DNA of 64,000 nt from Thermoproteota archaeon (GTDB lineage Archaea > Korarchaeota > Korarchaeia > Korarchaeales > Korarchaeaceae). Shown here in pieces: positions 19,865-30,612 of this stretch. The notes beneath the pieces were generated by a model. That model saw nothing but the letters and a program-made list of their open reading frames with translations, made no database searches and was not told where the DNA came from. The stretch is from contig JAOZFI010000006.1 of assembly GCA_027491395.1 (NCBI GenBank), positions 81,388 to 145,387 of the forward strand, given 5' to 3'. The first letter of the stretch is position 1, and the number at the start of each line of letters is the position of its first letter. A program made the position numbers and the translations under genes.

Positions 19865-20917
19865 TCACTCGATGGGAGGAGCTAGCAGCTCATACAGCAC
19901 TTCGGGGCTTACTCCACTCATCCTCCCGAGTAGGACCGTCTTTATGCTCTGAGACTCCCACTCAGAGCCTATCAAATACATGAGTATATACGCTTCCGTC
20001 ATCGATCCCTTCAAAGCTATTCTGAGCGAGTCTATGTAAGTCTTCTTAGTTAAGACATGCTCTATTACCCAAGGCTCTCCGATCTGCTTCATAGCTCTTT
20101 CTATCTCGATGGAAACGGGCCTATATGGAGCTAAGTTCACTAGTTCATCTAGAAATTCATTCAAGCTGTCTGTTTTAGTGGCGATATAAAGTAATTTTCT
20201 GAAGGGGAGCTTGGAGAATATCTTAGTGAGTACATCTTTCTTAACTCCTAGATACTTCGCCTTCAATAAGTCTCTCAGGAGCATATTTTCCATATAGGAA
20301 TAGAGTAGCAAGGAGAGAGGGGATCTTTTACCTGCCTTCATAGTCTTAAGTTGGGCCTCAAGGCGGCCCATGTAGTACCTATCTAAGGCCAGATCCACCT
20401 CGGTGACATCTCTCTCACTGGAGGAGAGCCACGAGGATAGTAGCCTAACTAGTCCTCTATCCTCCAGCATCTCCAATAATGTCTCAAATCTATCTGCCTT
20501 AGACAGCTTTTCCACATCAATTACATAGTGTTCCACGGGCAGAAGCCTCAGCTCCTTACCTCTACCTCCGAATAGCAGTGAGAAAACTATCCTCCTCAAG
20601 TTCTCTATGTCGTACTTACTCATGAATGTCCTGATGAGACCCTCAATGGGTGTCCCTCTAGATAAGGAGATCAATCTCCTAGCTCTTATTGAGTTAACTC
20701 TCAAGCATGCTTCTTCTACCCTTGACACGTCGAGCAAATCTTCGGGTCCCTCGAAAAAACTTCCGTAAGCAGTAGGAGATAGCTTATCGAAGAGAGCCCT
20801 TTCATCCTCTAAAAACACCCAAGACCTTATGTCCTCCGGATCAGTCAAGTGAGAGGCTAAACCGTGCGTTCTTACAACTAGATACTTCCTCTTCGCACCT
20901 TTTAACATTTCAAACAC
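19865..20917 (-). CDS. atpC: A/V-type ATP synthase subunit C (d/AC39)
   Basis: YLVVRTHGL, KYDIENLRRI, LDRYY, SIKTVLLG; last gene of the F-H-E-A-B-D operon. Confidence 0.82.
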   Translation of the reverse strand: MFEMLKGAKRKYLVVRTHGLASHLTDPEDIRSWVFLEDERALFDKLSPTAYGSFFEGPEDLLDVSRVEEACLRVNSIRARRLISLSRGTPIEGLIRTFMSKYDIENLRRIVFSLLFGGRGKELRLLPVEHYVIDVEKLSKADRFETLLEMLEDRGLVRLLSSWLSSSERDVTEVDLALDRYYMGRLEAQLKTMKAGKRSPLSLLLYSYMENMLLRDLLKAKYLGVKKDVLTKIFSKLPFRKLLYIATKTDSLNEFLDELVNLAPYRPVSIEIERAMKQIGEPWVIEHVLTKKTYIDSLRIALKGSMTEAYILMYLIGSEWESQSIKTVLLGRMSGVSPEVLYELLAPPIE

Positions 20918-21533
20918 CTCTTTTCAGCTGTCTATACTTCTTTACACGAAGGAACTCCTCCAGAGCGTCCTCCTCCAGGGCTTCCTCGATGTACTTGATG
21001 GCGGCCTCGTGGTCAGGTATTATTATCTTCTCCAGAGCATTCACTTTCCTCATTGTATCTGCTAGAGCCGCAGCTAGCCTCTCGAACTTGGCCTCGGAGT
21101 TTACTAGCGGCATCAACTCCTTTATTGCCTCTGAGAACTTTCTAGCGGCGGCTATCACCACTGCGTTTAAGGAGGGGGAAGTAGCCAAAGCGAACTCCCT
21201 TATCTCTATCTCAGGTATCTCCACGCCTATGACGCTCCGCACCTTCATTTCCGTGAGGAGGGGCATAGTCAGCAAGGCCGCTTTCCTCATCTCATCGGGT
21301 CCGGCGGCGGCATAAGCCAGCCTTAGAAGCTTGTAGGCCTCCTCTAACTTCTTCTCGACCTCGCTCCTCCTCCTAAGGTCCGGAAGTAAGTTCTGACTCT
21401 CCTTGACCAGCTGATCCCTCTTCATCTTGAGAGCGTCGACTCCCGAGCGGAGGAGGCGCGTTCTCTCCCTTAAGCGGATCAAAAATCCCTTGGTGGGGAG
21501 GACCCTCCCCACAGAGCGGAAGCTCAATCTCAC
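20910..21533 (-). CDS. atpD: A/V-type ATP synthase subunit D
   Basis: [28 protein letters not shown]. Confidence 0.94.
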   Translation of the reverse strand: MRLSFRSVGRVLPTKGFLIRLRERTRLLRSGVDALKMKRDQLVKESQNLLPDLRRRSEVEKKLEEAYKLLRLAYAAAGPDEMRKAALLTMPLLTEMKVRSVIGVEIPEIEIREFALATSPSLNAVVIAAARKFSEAIKELMPLVNSEAKFERLAAALADTMRKVNALEKIIIPDHEAAIKYIEEALEEDALEEFLRVKKYRQLKRGV

Positions 21534-22936
21534 TCACCCTCTGCCTGGGCTGCGATCCTCCTCTTAGGATGGAACTTGTTGAGGGTCTTCTCGCTTATCC
21601 TCGTCAGTTCGGCTTCAGGCAGTATGGACAATATGTCCCATGCTATGTTCAACGTCTCCTCTATGTTTCTTCTCTCCCTGAATCCCTGAGCCACGAATTC
21701 CCTCTCGAATCTCCTAGCGAACTCCAAGTACAACTTTTCCCTTGGGCTCAATCCCGCCTCACCCACGATCTGAACGAGTTCTCTAGCCTTGGTACCCTGA
21801 CTATAGGCAGCGTAAAGCTGGTCTGAGACCTCCTTGTGGTCCTCTCTCGTCTTTCCTGGACCTATACCATCCTTCATGAGCCTGCTAAGGCTCGGCAGAA
21901 CGTTGATCGGAGGATAGATGCCCCTGTTGTGGAGATCCAAGTCCAAGAATATCTGGCCCTCGGTGATGTAGCCAGTGAGATCTGGTATGGGGTGGGTGAG
22001 GTCCCCACCGGGCATCGTCAGTATGGGCATGAAGGTTATGGAGCCAGGTCTGCCGATTATCCTGCCTGCCCTCTCGTAGATGCTTGCTAGGTCGCTGTAC
22101 ATGTATCCGGGATATCCCTTCCTACTTGGTACCTCCTCCCTAGCGGAGCTGAGCTCCCTCAGCGCCTCGCAATAGTTGGTCATGTCCGTGATTATGACTA
22201 AGACATCCATACCCAAGTCGAACGCTAGGTACTCAGCAGCGGTCAAGGCAACCCTCGGGGTGGTTATCCTCTCTATGACCGGATCATTAGCTAGGTTTAG
22301 GAAGAGCACGGACCTGCTCAGCGCTCCGAATTCCTCGAACTGCCTCCTGAAGAAGAGAACGTCATCGTACTTCAGACCAACTGCCGCGAAGACTATGGAG
22401 AATCTCTCAGCCTTTCCAGGGACGATCGCCTGCCTCGCCACCTGAGCGGCTACCTCGTTGTGAGGTAGTCCGGACTCGGAGAATATCGGAAGCTTCTGGC
22501 CCCTGACCAAGCTCAACATTCCGTCAATGGCGGATATACCGGTCTCGATGAACTCGTCCGGGTAGTCCCTCTTGGCCGGATTTATGGGAGCGCCGTTTAT
22601 GTCCCTGTAGTCATCAGCCCTTATCTTAGGGCCTCCATCTATCGGCTCACCTGCGCCGTTGAACACTCTACCGAGCATCTCATCCGATACAGGGATCTTT
22701 AAGGTCGAGCCGGTGAACTTGACCATAGCGTTGGAATCAAGCCCTTCAGTGTCTCCCAGCACCTGTATGACGACCTTATCCCTACCGGCCTCCAGCACCT
22801 GACCGAACCACTCCCTGCCATCTTCGGAGTATATTCTGACCACTTCCTCGTAAGCAGCCCCAGGGACACCCCTCATTATGACGAGGGGTCCCTTCACCTG
22901 ATCAATCCCCTTGAAGGTCAGACCGTACACGGACAT
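21530..22936 (-). CDS. atpB: A/V-type ATP synthase subunit B
   Basis: [47 protein letters not shown]. Confidence 0.97.
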   Translation of the reverse strand: MSVYGLTFKGIDQVKGPLVIMRGVPGAAYEEVVRIYSEDGREWFGQVLEAGRDKVVIQVLGDTEGLDSNAMVKFTGSTLKIPVSDEMLGRVFNGAGEPIDGGPKIRADDYRDINGAPINPAKRDYPDEFIETGISAIDGMLSLVRGQKLPIFSESGLPHNEVAAQVARQAIVPGKAERFSIVFAAVGLKYDDVLFFRRQFEEFGALSRSVLFLNLANDPVIERITTPRVALTAAEYLAFDLGMDVLVIITDMTNYCEALRELSSAREEVPSRKGYPGYMYSDLASIYERAGRIIGRPGSITFMPILTMPGGDLTHPIPDLTGYITEGQIFLDLDLHNRGIYPPINVLPSLSRLMKDGIGPGKTREDHKEVSDQLYAAYSQGTKARELVQIVGEAGLSPREKLYLEFARRFEREFVAQGFRERRNIEETLNIAWDILSILPEAELTRISEKTLNKFHPKRRIAAQAEGE

Positions 22937-22937
22937 C

Positions 22938-24725
22938 TCATCTCACCTCCGCGAGAAGGGAGGATATCTCAGCCTCAAGTTGCGCTATAGCCTCCTTGAC
23001 AGCGTTCTCGAATTCCTCCTCAGGCACGAACTTGAGCCTCCTGAGGAGACCCAGTGATTTCATTTCAGCTATCCTAGATATGGGAACGCCCGCATCTATA
23101 ATGGGTCTGGCTCTATCGTAGAACTCCAGTAGCGTCTTCAGGAGGAGGGCCTGCTTCTTCGGGGAGCAGTAGGTATCTACCTCGTGGTAGGCGTTCTGCA
23201 CCAAGAATCCCTCCTTGATGAGCTCTGCAGACAGGAGGACGAGCCTGTTCTCATCGGAGAGAGCAGCCTCCCCCACTACTCTGGCCACCTCCTCCAAGCT
23301 GGAGGCCCTCTGCAGAAGGTCCATGGCCTTGTCCCTGTAAGCCATCATGTCATGTCCGGTGTTCTTGATCCACCACTCCTTCAATCCACCAGTATACTTT
23401 GAGAAGCTCCTCAGCCAGTTTATGGACGGGAAGTGCCTCTTGAACGCTAAGTCCTTGTCCAAAGCCCAGAAGGCGCCCACGTACCTCATGGTGTGCTGAG
23501 TGACGGGCTCGTTGAGGTCCCCTCCGGAGGGACTCACGGCCCCTATAACGGCGACGGACCCTAATTCGTCTCTCCTACCTCGGACCTTAATCCTACCAGC
23601 CCTCTCGTAGAACGAGGCTATGTAGTCGGGTAGATAGGCTGGATACCCTCTCTCGGATGGTATCTCCTCAAGCCTAGAGCTGAGCTCCCTTAACGCTTCA
23701 GCCCACCTGGAGGTCGAATCTGCCGTGAGAACCACGTGAAGCCCCATATCCCTGTAGTACTCGGCGTAGGTGATTCCCATGAAGATACTGGCCTCCCTAG
23801 CGGGGACTGGCATGTTGCTGGTGTTGGCAATGAGGACGCTCCTCTCCAGCAGAGGCTTCCCGCTCTTGGGGTCGACCAGCTTTGGGAAAGTGTGGAGCAG
23901 ATCGGTCATCTCATTACCTCTCTCCCCACAACCCACGTATACCACGACATCTGCGTCTGCCCACTTCGAGATTTGGTGAAGGGTCACCGTCTTACCGGTG
24001 CCAAAGCCACCAGGCACGGCGGAAGTGCCTCCCTTGACTATGGGGAAAAAGGTATCTATCACCCTCTGCCCGGTTACTAGAAGCTCTACGGGGGCTAGCT
24101 TCTCCTTGAAAGGTCTGGGCGTCCTGACAGGCCATTTATGATACATCTTGACCTCTTCCTTACCGCCTATGTGCTCTACCACGACTACAGGCTCCTCTAT
24201 AGTGTAGTCTCCCTCAGGGAGGACCTCTATGACCTTAGCTTTCTCTATGGTCGGTGGGAGCATTATCTTGTGAGTGACGGAGCCCTCTGGGACGGTTCCT
24301 AGGACGTCTCCAGCGACGACATCGTCCCCAGGCTTGACCAAGGGAGTCCACTGCCACTTTTTATCTCTAGGGAGGGTGGGCGCCTTAATTCCCCTAGTGA
24401 TGAATGGACCGCCAGCTTTCTCGGCTATGACTTCCAAGGGCCTGCCCAGCCCGTCGAGGACCTGCCCCAGTAGTCCCGGCCCTAATTCAGCTGAGAGGGG
24501 CTCTCCAGTCCTCTCGACGGGTTCACCCGCCTTCACTCCACCAGTAGGCTCGTAGACTTGTATTATCGCCTTGTCCCCCTCTATCCTGACTATCTCACCT
24601 ATGAGTCTCTCCTCTCCGACGTAAACGACCTCCCTGATCTTAGCACCCCTCATTCCCTCGGCTTCTACTACGGGACCCTTTATGTGAACGATAATACCTT
24701 TACTCTCATAAACTAACTCGGACAA
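22938..24725 (-). CDS. atpA: A/V-type ATP synthase catalytic subunit A (no intein)
   Basis: PGGFGTGKT Walker [33 protein letters not shown]. Confidence 0.97.
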   Translation of the reverse strand: MSELVYESKGIIVHIKGPVVEAEGMRGAKIREVVYVGEERLIGEIVRIEGDKAIIQVYEPTGGVKAGEPVERTGEPLSAELGPGLLGQVLDGLGRPLEVIAEKAGGPFITRGIKAPTLPRDKKWQWTPLVKPGDDVVAGDVLGTVPEGSVTHKIMLPPTIEKAKVIEVLPEGDYTIEEPVVVVEHIGGKEEVKMYHKWPVRTPRPFKEKLAPVELLVTGQRVIDTFFPIVKGGTSAVPGGFGTGKTVTLHQISKWADADVVVYVGCGERGNEMTDLLHTFPKLVDPKSGKPLLERSVLIANTSNMPVPAREASIFMGITYAEYYRDMGLHVVLTADSTSRWAEALRELSSRLEEIPSERGYPAYLPDYIASFYERAGRIKVRGRRDELGSVAVIGAVSPSGGDLNEPVTQHTMRYVGAFWALDKDLAFKRHFPSINWLRSFSKYTGGLKEWWIKNTGHDMMAYRDKAMDLLQRASSLEEVARVVGEAALSDENRLVLLSAELIKEGFLVQNAYHEVDTYCSPKKQALLLKTLLEFYDRARPIIDAGVPISRIAEMKSLGLLRRLKFVPEEEFENAVKEAIAQLEAEISSLLAEVR

Positions 24726-24727
24726 GC

Positions 24728-25345
24728 TTACACCCCCTCAAACAATCTCCCTATTATCTCTATCTCCTTGGTCTCTCTGTAGGCCCTCAGCCTACCATCG
24801 AAGGTGTTGTAGTACCTCCTCTCATCCCTGCTGTCCCTCACCACGACCCCTCCGATGACCGGGACCGTTCTCTCGTCAACGGAGGCCTTTATATCTTCCT
24901 TCTCCAACTTCCTAGCCACCTTTTCGAGCAGGGATATATCCTTCTCCCTACCCATGAGGAATACCTCCTTCTCTCCTAGGACCTTCGCCCCCTCCAGCGA
25001 GTATCTCGTCAGTATCTCCTCGTAGTTCCATCCCGGCTCTTGGCCATCGGCTATAGCGGCCAGCTTCTCGTGCACTCTCCTGAAGAATTCACTCAGCAGC
25101 TCGGATTTGGTCATGAGAACTATTTGATTAGCCTCTACCTCAGCAGCGCTTCTCTTCCTCGCAATCTCCTCCCTCATCTCCCTCTCTGCCCTCTCCCTCT
25201 TGGATCTCAGTATCTCCTCCGCCTCTCTCCGGGCTGACTCGATTATCTCCTTAGCTCTCTTCTCGGCCTCCTTCCTGATGGCATCAGCCCTATCCTCAGC
25301 CATCTTGAGGATAGCCCTGACGATAGCCTCGGAGTCCTTATCCAC
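24728..25345 (-). CDS. atpE: A/V-type ATP synthase subunit E
   Basis: N-terminal EAE-rich helix, IGGVVV..YNTFDGRL; start uncertain (25345-25396). Confidence 0.88.
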   Translation of the reverse strand: MDKDSEAIVRAILKMAEDRADAIRKEAEKRAKEIIESARREAEEILRSKRERAEREMREEIARKRSAAEVEANQIVLMTKSELLSEFFRRVHEKLAAIADGQEPGWNYEEILTRYSLEGAKVLGEKEVFLMGREKDISLLEKVARKLEKEDIKASVDERTVPVIGGVVVRDSRDERRYYNTFDGRLRAYRETKEIEIIGRLFEGV

Positions 25346-25346
25346 G

Positions 25347-25667
25347 CTAACTACTTCCTCCCCACTCACCCTCGAGCACCTCCCTAACGACTTCATCGAC
25401 GAGGGAACTCATCCTCTCGGATGCCACCCTCCTTAGCTCCTCAGCTTTCATCTTAGCCCTATCAACAATCTCCTTAACTTCCCTCCCGATATCTTCCATT
25501 ACCGCCACCTCCACCGGAGTGTTCCTGGCCTCCTCGATTATTTTCTTTGCCTCTTCCTCGGCTTCCTCGATCATTCTCTTGGCTTCCTCCTCGGCCTCCT
25601 GAATGATCTTGGCAGCCTCCTTCTCGGCCTCCATAATGGCCTCAACCAATCTCGGCATTTCTCTCAC
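25347..25667 (-). CDS. atpH: A/V-type ATP synthase subunit H (G)
   Basis: Repeated EAEEEAKKIIEEA helix; operon position. Confidence 0.82.
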   Translation of the reverse strand: MREMPRLVEAIMEAEKEAAKIIQEAEEEAKRMIEEAEEEAKKIIEEARNTPVEVAVMEDIGREVKEIVDRAKMKAEELRRVASERMSSLVDEVVREVLEGEWGGSS

Positions 25668-25674
25668 CTCATAA

Positions 25675-26019
25675 TCAGAACTTCAGCTCCTCGCTACCTA
25701 AAGCTCTAGCCAGCAAGGATGCCAGCTCCTTCAACCTCACCCCCCTCGCACCTTCCATATCGGGCACTACCGCGAACACAGGGCTCACCTTACCCCTTCT
25801 GAGTAGATCCTCCCTGTAATCTCTGATCTCCTCAGCTACCCTCTCGTTGATGAATACCACATGAGGTAACTCGCTCTCATTGTCCCTGAAAAATTTTATC
25901 AGATTCCTGCGACCCCTGATTACCTTCGCGGGCACTCCGACCATCTCGAATCCCAGCGCGAGCACTTCGTCGTCCGTTACAGCTATAGGGGAGCTGGCAA
26001 TCCTCGTCCGTTCGCTCAC
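25675..26019 (-). CDS. atpF: A/V-type ATP synthase subunit F
   Basis: IAV..D..LGFEMVGV, VVFINERVA, AVVPD, RALG. Confidence 0.85.
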   Translation of the reverse strand: MSERTRIASSPIAVTDDEVLALGFEMVGVPAKVIRGRRNLIKFFRDNESELPHVVFINERVAEEIRDYREDLLRRGKVSPVFAVVPDMEGARGVRLKELASLLARALGSEELKF

Positions 26020-26080
26020 TGAAGCACCCCATGCCCGAAAGTTGGAAAATTATAAAAAGCCATATAGCCCGCTTACCCTA

Positions 26081-26170
26081 GCGGGGGTGGCCGAGCTCGG
26101 ACCAAGGCGGCGGACTTAAGATCCGCTGGGCGTCAGGCCCGCGTGGGTTCGAATCCCACCCCCCGCACCA
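26081..26170 (+). tRNA. tRNA-Leu(UAA), long variable arm, CCA encoded
   Basis: GCGGGGG..CCCCCGC acceptor stem; GCGGA-CTTAAGA-TCCGC anticodon arm; GTTCGAATC T-loop; TATAAAAA at 26051-26058. Confidence 0.97.
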
Positions 26171-26211
26171 GGGCCCCGCCGCCTTTCACCCCTCATGAGG
26201 TGAGCATCTGC

Positions 26212-26781
26212 TTGGGAGTGGAAAGGGAGGTCAAGCTGAAGATCCCCCATAGCGAATTTCTGAGTCTCTTGAGGGGGAAGAAAATCTCCTTCAAGATACT
26301 GGAAGCGATAGAGCAGGAGGACTTCTATATGGACACTCGCTCCTGTGGCCTCCTCACCTCAGGAAGGGTATTGAGGGTGAGGATCATTGGTAATCTAGTC
26401 AGAATCACCTACAAGGGGAGGAGGAAGGGTGGAGGTATAGAGAAGGTCAGGGAGGAGATTGAAGGGGAATTGGGGGATGAGAAATGCGGGGAAGCCCTCT
26501 CCAAAGTAGGAATAAACGTAAATTGCCCACCCGAACTCAACGAGCTGATGAACTTGCTCTCCAGTAGAGGTTATGAGGTGAAGATCGTGGTATGGAAGAG
26601 AAGGACGCCCGTTCTATTGGATGGATTCGATGTAGAGGTCACGCTGGACTACGTGAGAGATTTAGGAGAGTTCGTGGAGGTAGAGGGAGACGACGCAATG
26701 GATCTAGTTCGAATACTCGGCATAGAGTGCAGAGCAGTCATACCCAGCTACGCTGATCTAATCCACGCCCTTAAGCAGTGA
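26212..26781 (+). CDS. CYTH-domain protein (class IV adenylate cyclase/triphosphate tunnel family)
   Basis: EREVK, QEDFY, LRVR, REEIE, LGEFVEVE; start TTG 26212 after GAGGTGA (the track start lies inside the tRNA). Confidence 0.88.
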   Translation: MGVEREVKLKIPHSEFLSLLRGKKISFKILEAIEQEDFYMDTRSCGLLTSGRVLRVRIIGNLVRITYKGRRKGGGIEKVREEIEGELGDEKCGEALSKVGINVNCPPELNELMNLLSSRGYEVKIVVWKRRTPVLLDGFDVEVTLDYVRDLGEFVEVEGDDAMDLVRILGIECRAVIPSYADLIHALKQ

Positions 26782-28092
26782 TTTCACGCCTGATTTCTCA
26801 AGCAAGTCCAGGGAAGCCCTCTCTGCCTCAGCAAAGATATCCTCCTCGTCCCTCTTGGTGAATTTGCCGTCCCTCAAGATCACCTTACCATCTATCAGGA
26901 CGTGCCTCACATCTGTAGATCTGGCGGAGTAGACCAGATGGGACACCACGGAGTGGAGAGGCACCCACCAAGGTACTTTGACGTTCAAAAGAACAATATC
27001 TCCCCTGTATCCCTTGCAGATCCTCCCGATCTTCCATCGGAGGAAATCTCCGGGTATTCTAGTGGCCATGTCCAGCGCCGTCTGAGCCGGTATTGCCTTA
27101 GGATCCCTCTTCGAGACCTTGTGAATGAGGGCGGTCACCTTCATGGTCTCGAACATATCTAAGGTGTTGTTGCTGGCCGGTCCGTCGGTTCCAAGGGAAA
27201 CCCTAACCCCTTTCTCGACTAGGTCGGGTACTGGGGAGATTCCTGAGGCCAACTTAAGATTGCTCACGGGATTGTGAGATACTAAGGTGGATGTCTCCCT
27301 AAGGAGAGCGATCTCCATCTTGCTAGGCCAAACTACGTGCGCAGCGACCGTTCTATCACCCAATATACCGTATTCATGGGCCAGCTCTATCGCCCCCTTC
27401 CCGTACTTCTCTTTAATATCAGACACCTCCTTCTCGGTCTCCGCTAGGTGAATCTGGATGGTGGACCCATTATCCTCCGCCTTCTCCGAAATTTCCCTCA
27501 TCCTCTCCGGCGAGACCGTGTAGGGAGCGTGAGGTCCATAGCCCGGCTCGATCAATGGGTGATCTCGCCACTTCTGGACGAACCGATCTGCTAAAACCAT
27601 ACACTCGTCTACATTCTTGCATTCCGGAGTTCCAAAGTCTATTATCGCCTCGCTCAGCGCACCTCTCATCCCTAGATCGCTGAGAACCTCAGCTACGACG
27701 TCCTCGAAGAAGTACATATCGAAGATCGTCGTGGTACCGGTTCGCACCGCTTCTAGCACTCCTAGAGCGGTTCCGGCCCTTATGTGATCTGGTCTCAGGT
27801 GAGATTCCATGGGCCAGATCTTCTCCTGCAACCACGGGAAGAGGTCCATGTCGTCAGCCACTCCTCTTAGAAGGGTCATCGGTATGTGGGAGTGCGTATT
27901 AATCAACCCGGGAATCGCCACCATGCTGCTCCCATCGATCACCTCATCAACAGGTCCCTTCACATCACCCACATCCTCAATCTCCCCGTCCTTTATCAGG
28001 ATGCTTGCCCCCCTCAGGACCCTCCTCTTATCGTCCTGAGTAACCACGTACTCCAGCCCCTTGATGAGCACTTCCAAGGGAATCCCCCTCAT
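26758..28092 (-). CDS. mtaD: Amidohydrolase, MTA/SAH/5'-deoxyadenosine deaminase family
   Basis: PGLINTHSH, GPHAPYT, IHLAET..E, HNPVSNLKLASG, LGTDGPASNN. Confidence 0.85.
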   Translation of the reverse strand: MRGIPLEVLIKGLEYVVTQDDKRRVLRGASILIKDGEIEDVGDVKGPVDEVIDGSSMVAIPGLINTHSHIPMTLLRGVADDMDLFPWLQEKIWPMESHLRPDHIRAGTALGVLEAVRTGTTTIFDMYFFEDVVAEVLSDLGMRGALSEAIIDFGTPECKNVDECMVLADRFVQKWRDHPLIEPGYGPHAPYTVSPERMREISEKAEDNGSTIQIHLAETEKEVSDIKEKYGKGAIELAHEYGILGDRTVAAHVVWPSKMEIALLRETSTLVSHNPVSNLKLASGISPVPDLVEKGVRVSLGTDGPASNNTLDMFETMKVTALIHKVSKRDPKAIPAQTALDMATRIPGDFLRWKIGRICKGYRGDIVLLNVKVPWWVPLHSVVSHLVYSARSTDVRHVLIDGKVILRDGKFTKRDEEDIFAEAERASLDLLEKSGVKSLLKGVD

Positions 28093-28145
28093 CAGCAGCC
28101 GGATAAATTAAATAGACGTTACTGGATTCCAGCTTGGTATCTTAA

Positions 28146-29780
28146 ATGAAGTGGAAGGCTCTTGTCCTATTGACGATTGTTCTAATGTTTCCTGAGATGA
28201 TCCCCTCGGCTCAGCAGGAGGAGGGGAGTGGACATTACACTTACATATACACGGTCAAGGAGAGCGGTTGGATAGATATAGTGACTCGGTTCAACTCGAC
28301 GGGGGAGGGAAGTACCTGGGTCCTTGTGCCGAAATTCAGGGACTACAACTTCACGGTCCTCTCAGGGTCCATCAAGGATAAGGAGCTAATAAGGGACACG
28401 TCCTACTACTTCTACTCGAACCTCACGTTCTCATACACACCAGAAACTAATGTGGAGATCTCGTGGAGTTATAGATTTGGCGCTCTCATCGTGGAACCCA
28501 ACGGAGCGTTCTTCTCCACACAGATAGCCTTCTCTCGGGAGGATGATGCAACCATACTGGTGAAGCTTCCAAAGGGCTTCATCCCCCAGGGGATCGAGCC
28601 GAAGGGATACGAGCTTCGGAGAGAGGGGGAGTACAATGTGGTGAAGTATGACGTAGACGGGAGCAAGAACAATACGATGAGGGTCCTCATATCGTTCAAG
28701 GTGAAGGACGGTCAGGAGTTCAGTAAAAGGGAGGTCGGCAAGCTCACCATAAGCTACCCCCCCAGATACGAGGATGTCGTCGACAACATAACCAAGTACT
28801 ACGAGGCCACTCTACCCTTAATAGAGGAGTACACATCTGTTAGAGAGGAGATACCTGTAAAAGTCAATCTGTTCGTTCCAGGGACCATGGAGGAGATAAC
28901 AACCTTGGGATACACGGGGCCTAGGTTCACATCTGATGTGATAACTCAGGGAGAGATAAATCTGAACATGATGCTGGTCAGAATGCCCGATTACGAGCTG
29001 CCGAACACCTTCGTGCACGAACTCCTCCATCAGTACATGCAGGCAGCAGGACTCAGTGTGGACCTGAGATGGGCCCACGAAGGTCTGGCCCAATATCTAA
29101 GCTCCGTGATAGTGGAGAAGGCGCTTAGATTCCATGTTCCCTACGATAAGGAAGCCGAAAGAGCCGTGATGATGCAAACCGGTGGAGACCTAAGTTTCAT
29201 CTTAGGATGGAAGGGAGGGGGTCTCCCAGGCAACCCCGGTCTATACTACGCGGCTAGTGAGGTCCTGATAAGGAGGCTGGCGGACAAGTACGGAGGACCC
29301 GACCTCTACAAGAGGTTCTTCCAGCTCATCAGGAGAGACAGGGTCATCGTCAAGGAGCTAGGGGATTTCGTCAGGTACCTCAGCGAGGCAGCCGGTCAGG
29401 ACATCTCCGACTTCCTCAAGTCATTCGGCATAGACGTAGAATCGATAGATGAGAGGACCTTAGCCCTAATGAAAACAGCTAGGGAGTATGCGGAGGCCAC
29501 CTCGTGGTTCAACCCGTTTTCAAAGGAGGCACTCGAGGTACTGAGCGAGAGCAGGACCAAAGAGGCGGCCATACAGGCAATGGCGATGGTGGCGCTCGGA
29601 CTTGTCACCGAGGCCTTGACAGCCGCGGTGATAATCTCAGGCATTACATTCCTTCTAAGAGGCGGGAAAATTCCTTATGAACAGGGGTCAATCACGAACG
29701 AAAAGGAGGGGGGCGAGGAGGGTCTCAGAACACCCTCTCCGACTTCTCAAGGTGGAGCAGAAAATTCCACTTCTCCATGA
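28146..29780 (+). CDS. Secreted, C-terminally anchored gluzincin (clan MA) metallopeptidase
   Basis: Signal peptide; HELLH followed by WAHEGLA; YYAAS; C-terminal TM. Confidence 0.78.
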   Translation: MKWKALVLLTIVLMFPEMIPSAQQEEGSGHYTYIYTVKESGWIDIVTRFNSTGEGSTWVLVPKFRDYNFTVLSGSIKDKELIRDTSYYFYSNLTFSYTPETNVEISWSYRFGALIVEPNGAFFSTQIAFSREDDATILVKLPKGFIPQGIEPKGYELRREGEYNVVKYDVDGSKNNTMRVLISFKVKDGQEFSKREVGKLTISYPPRYEDVVDNITKYYEATLPLIEEYTSVREEIPVKVNLFVPGTMEEITTLGYTGPRFTSDVITQGEINLNMMLVRMPDYELPNTFVHELLHQYMQAAGLSVDLRWAHEGLAQYLSSVIVEKALRFHVPYDKEAERAVMMQTGGDLSFILGWKGGGLPGNPGLYYAASEVLIRRLADKYGGPDLYKRFFQLIRRDRVIVKELGDFVRYLSEAAGQDISDFLKSFGIDVESIDERTLALMKTAREYAEATSWFNPFSKEALEVLSESRTKEAAIQAMAMVALGLVTEALTAAVIISGITFLLRGGKIPYEQGSITNEKEGGEEGLRTPSPTSQGGAENSTSP

Positions 29781-30612
29781 CTATTTTCTCCAACTCCTCA
29801 ATTTCCTCATCACTTAACCCCCTGAATCTGTCCTGAAGCTCCAAGAACTCCTTAAGGGGCCTCTTCCTCGGTTTAACCGTTATTCTCAATTTCCCATTCT
29901 CTATCTCGTATAGAGGCCAGAAGTAGGTATCTACCGCGAGCTTGGCCACTTCAGCGGTTTTACTTACTGGGGAATTCCAGCCAGGCGGACAGGTAGAGAA
30001 TATGTGAATGTATCTGAATCCCTTTATCTTCTTGGCCTTCTCGAACTTGTTCGCTAGATCAAAGGGATATCCGACACTGGCGGTGGCTACGTAAGGAACC
30101 CTATGCGCCGCCACTATCATGGGCATGTCCTTGGGCATCTCCCTCTTGCCGGTCGGAGTGGTCTTGGTCCAAGCCCTAAAGGGGGTGGCTCCTGACCTCT
30201 GAATGCCCGTATTCATGTATGCTTCGTTATCGTAACATACGTAGATTATGTTTTCTCCCCTCTCAGCAGCCCCTGATAGGGCCTGTATACCTATATCGAC
30301 AGTCCCTCCGTCTCCCGCCCAGACGACAACATTCACATCCCTCCCAAGCATCTTATAAGCCCTGTACACTCCGGATGCCGTGGCAGCAGCTGCTGGGAAT
30401 GCTATATTGTAGAGAGGTGCTGAGATAGCGCTCTTGGGGAACGGCGACTGAATGACACTGAAGCACGAGGCAGGAACCACGTACACGGTGTTAGGTCCCA
30501 GCACCCTAGAAGCTATTCTGAACGCTAAAGTCGCCCCACAGCCGGGACAGGCTGCAGATCCCGGAAGATAGGAACCAGATTCCTTCCTTAGATCGTGTAT
30601 GGTCAAGGTCAT
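29725..30612 (-). CDS. porB: Pyruvate/2-ketoisovalerate:ferredoxin oxidoreductase beta subunit
   Basis: ACPGCG, AGDGGTVDIG, YDNEAYMNTGIQRS, CPPGW. Confidence 0.9.
   Translation of the reverse strand: MTLTIHDLRKESGSYLPGSAACPGCGATLAFRIASRVLGPNTVYVVPASCFSVIQSPFPKSAISAPLYNIAFPAAAATASGVYRAYKMLGRDVNVVVWAGDGGTVDIGIQALSGAAERGENIIYVCYDNEAYMNTGIQRSGATPFRAWTKTTPTGKREMPKDMPMIVAAHRVPYVATASVGYPFDLANKFEKAKKIKGFRYIHIFSTCPPGWNSPVSKTAEVAKLAVDTYFWPLYEIENGKLRITVKPRKRPLKEFLELQDRFRGLSDEEIEELEKIVMEKWNFLLHLEKSERVF

Noticed and set aside
19765-19983. 72-aa ORF between atpK and atpC
   Set aside because: Spans pyrimidine/purine tracts that look like convergent terminators and overlaps atpC antisense
22938-24725. Intein in ATPase subunit A
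   Set aside because: Normal length (595 aa) and uninterrupted Walker A region
25520-25640. Repetitive GAGGCCGAGGAAGAGGC-type sequence
   Set aside because: Encodes the EAEEEAK helix of subunit H; a protein-level repeat, not a DNA element
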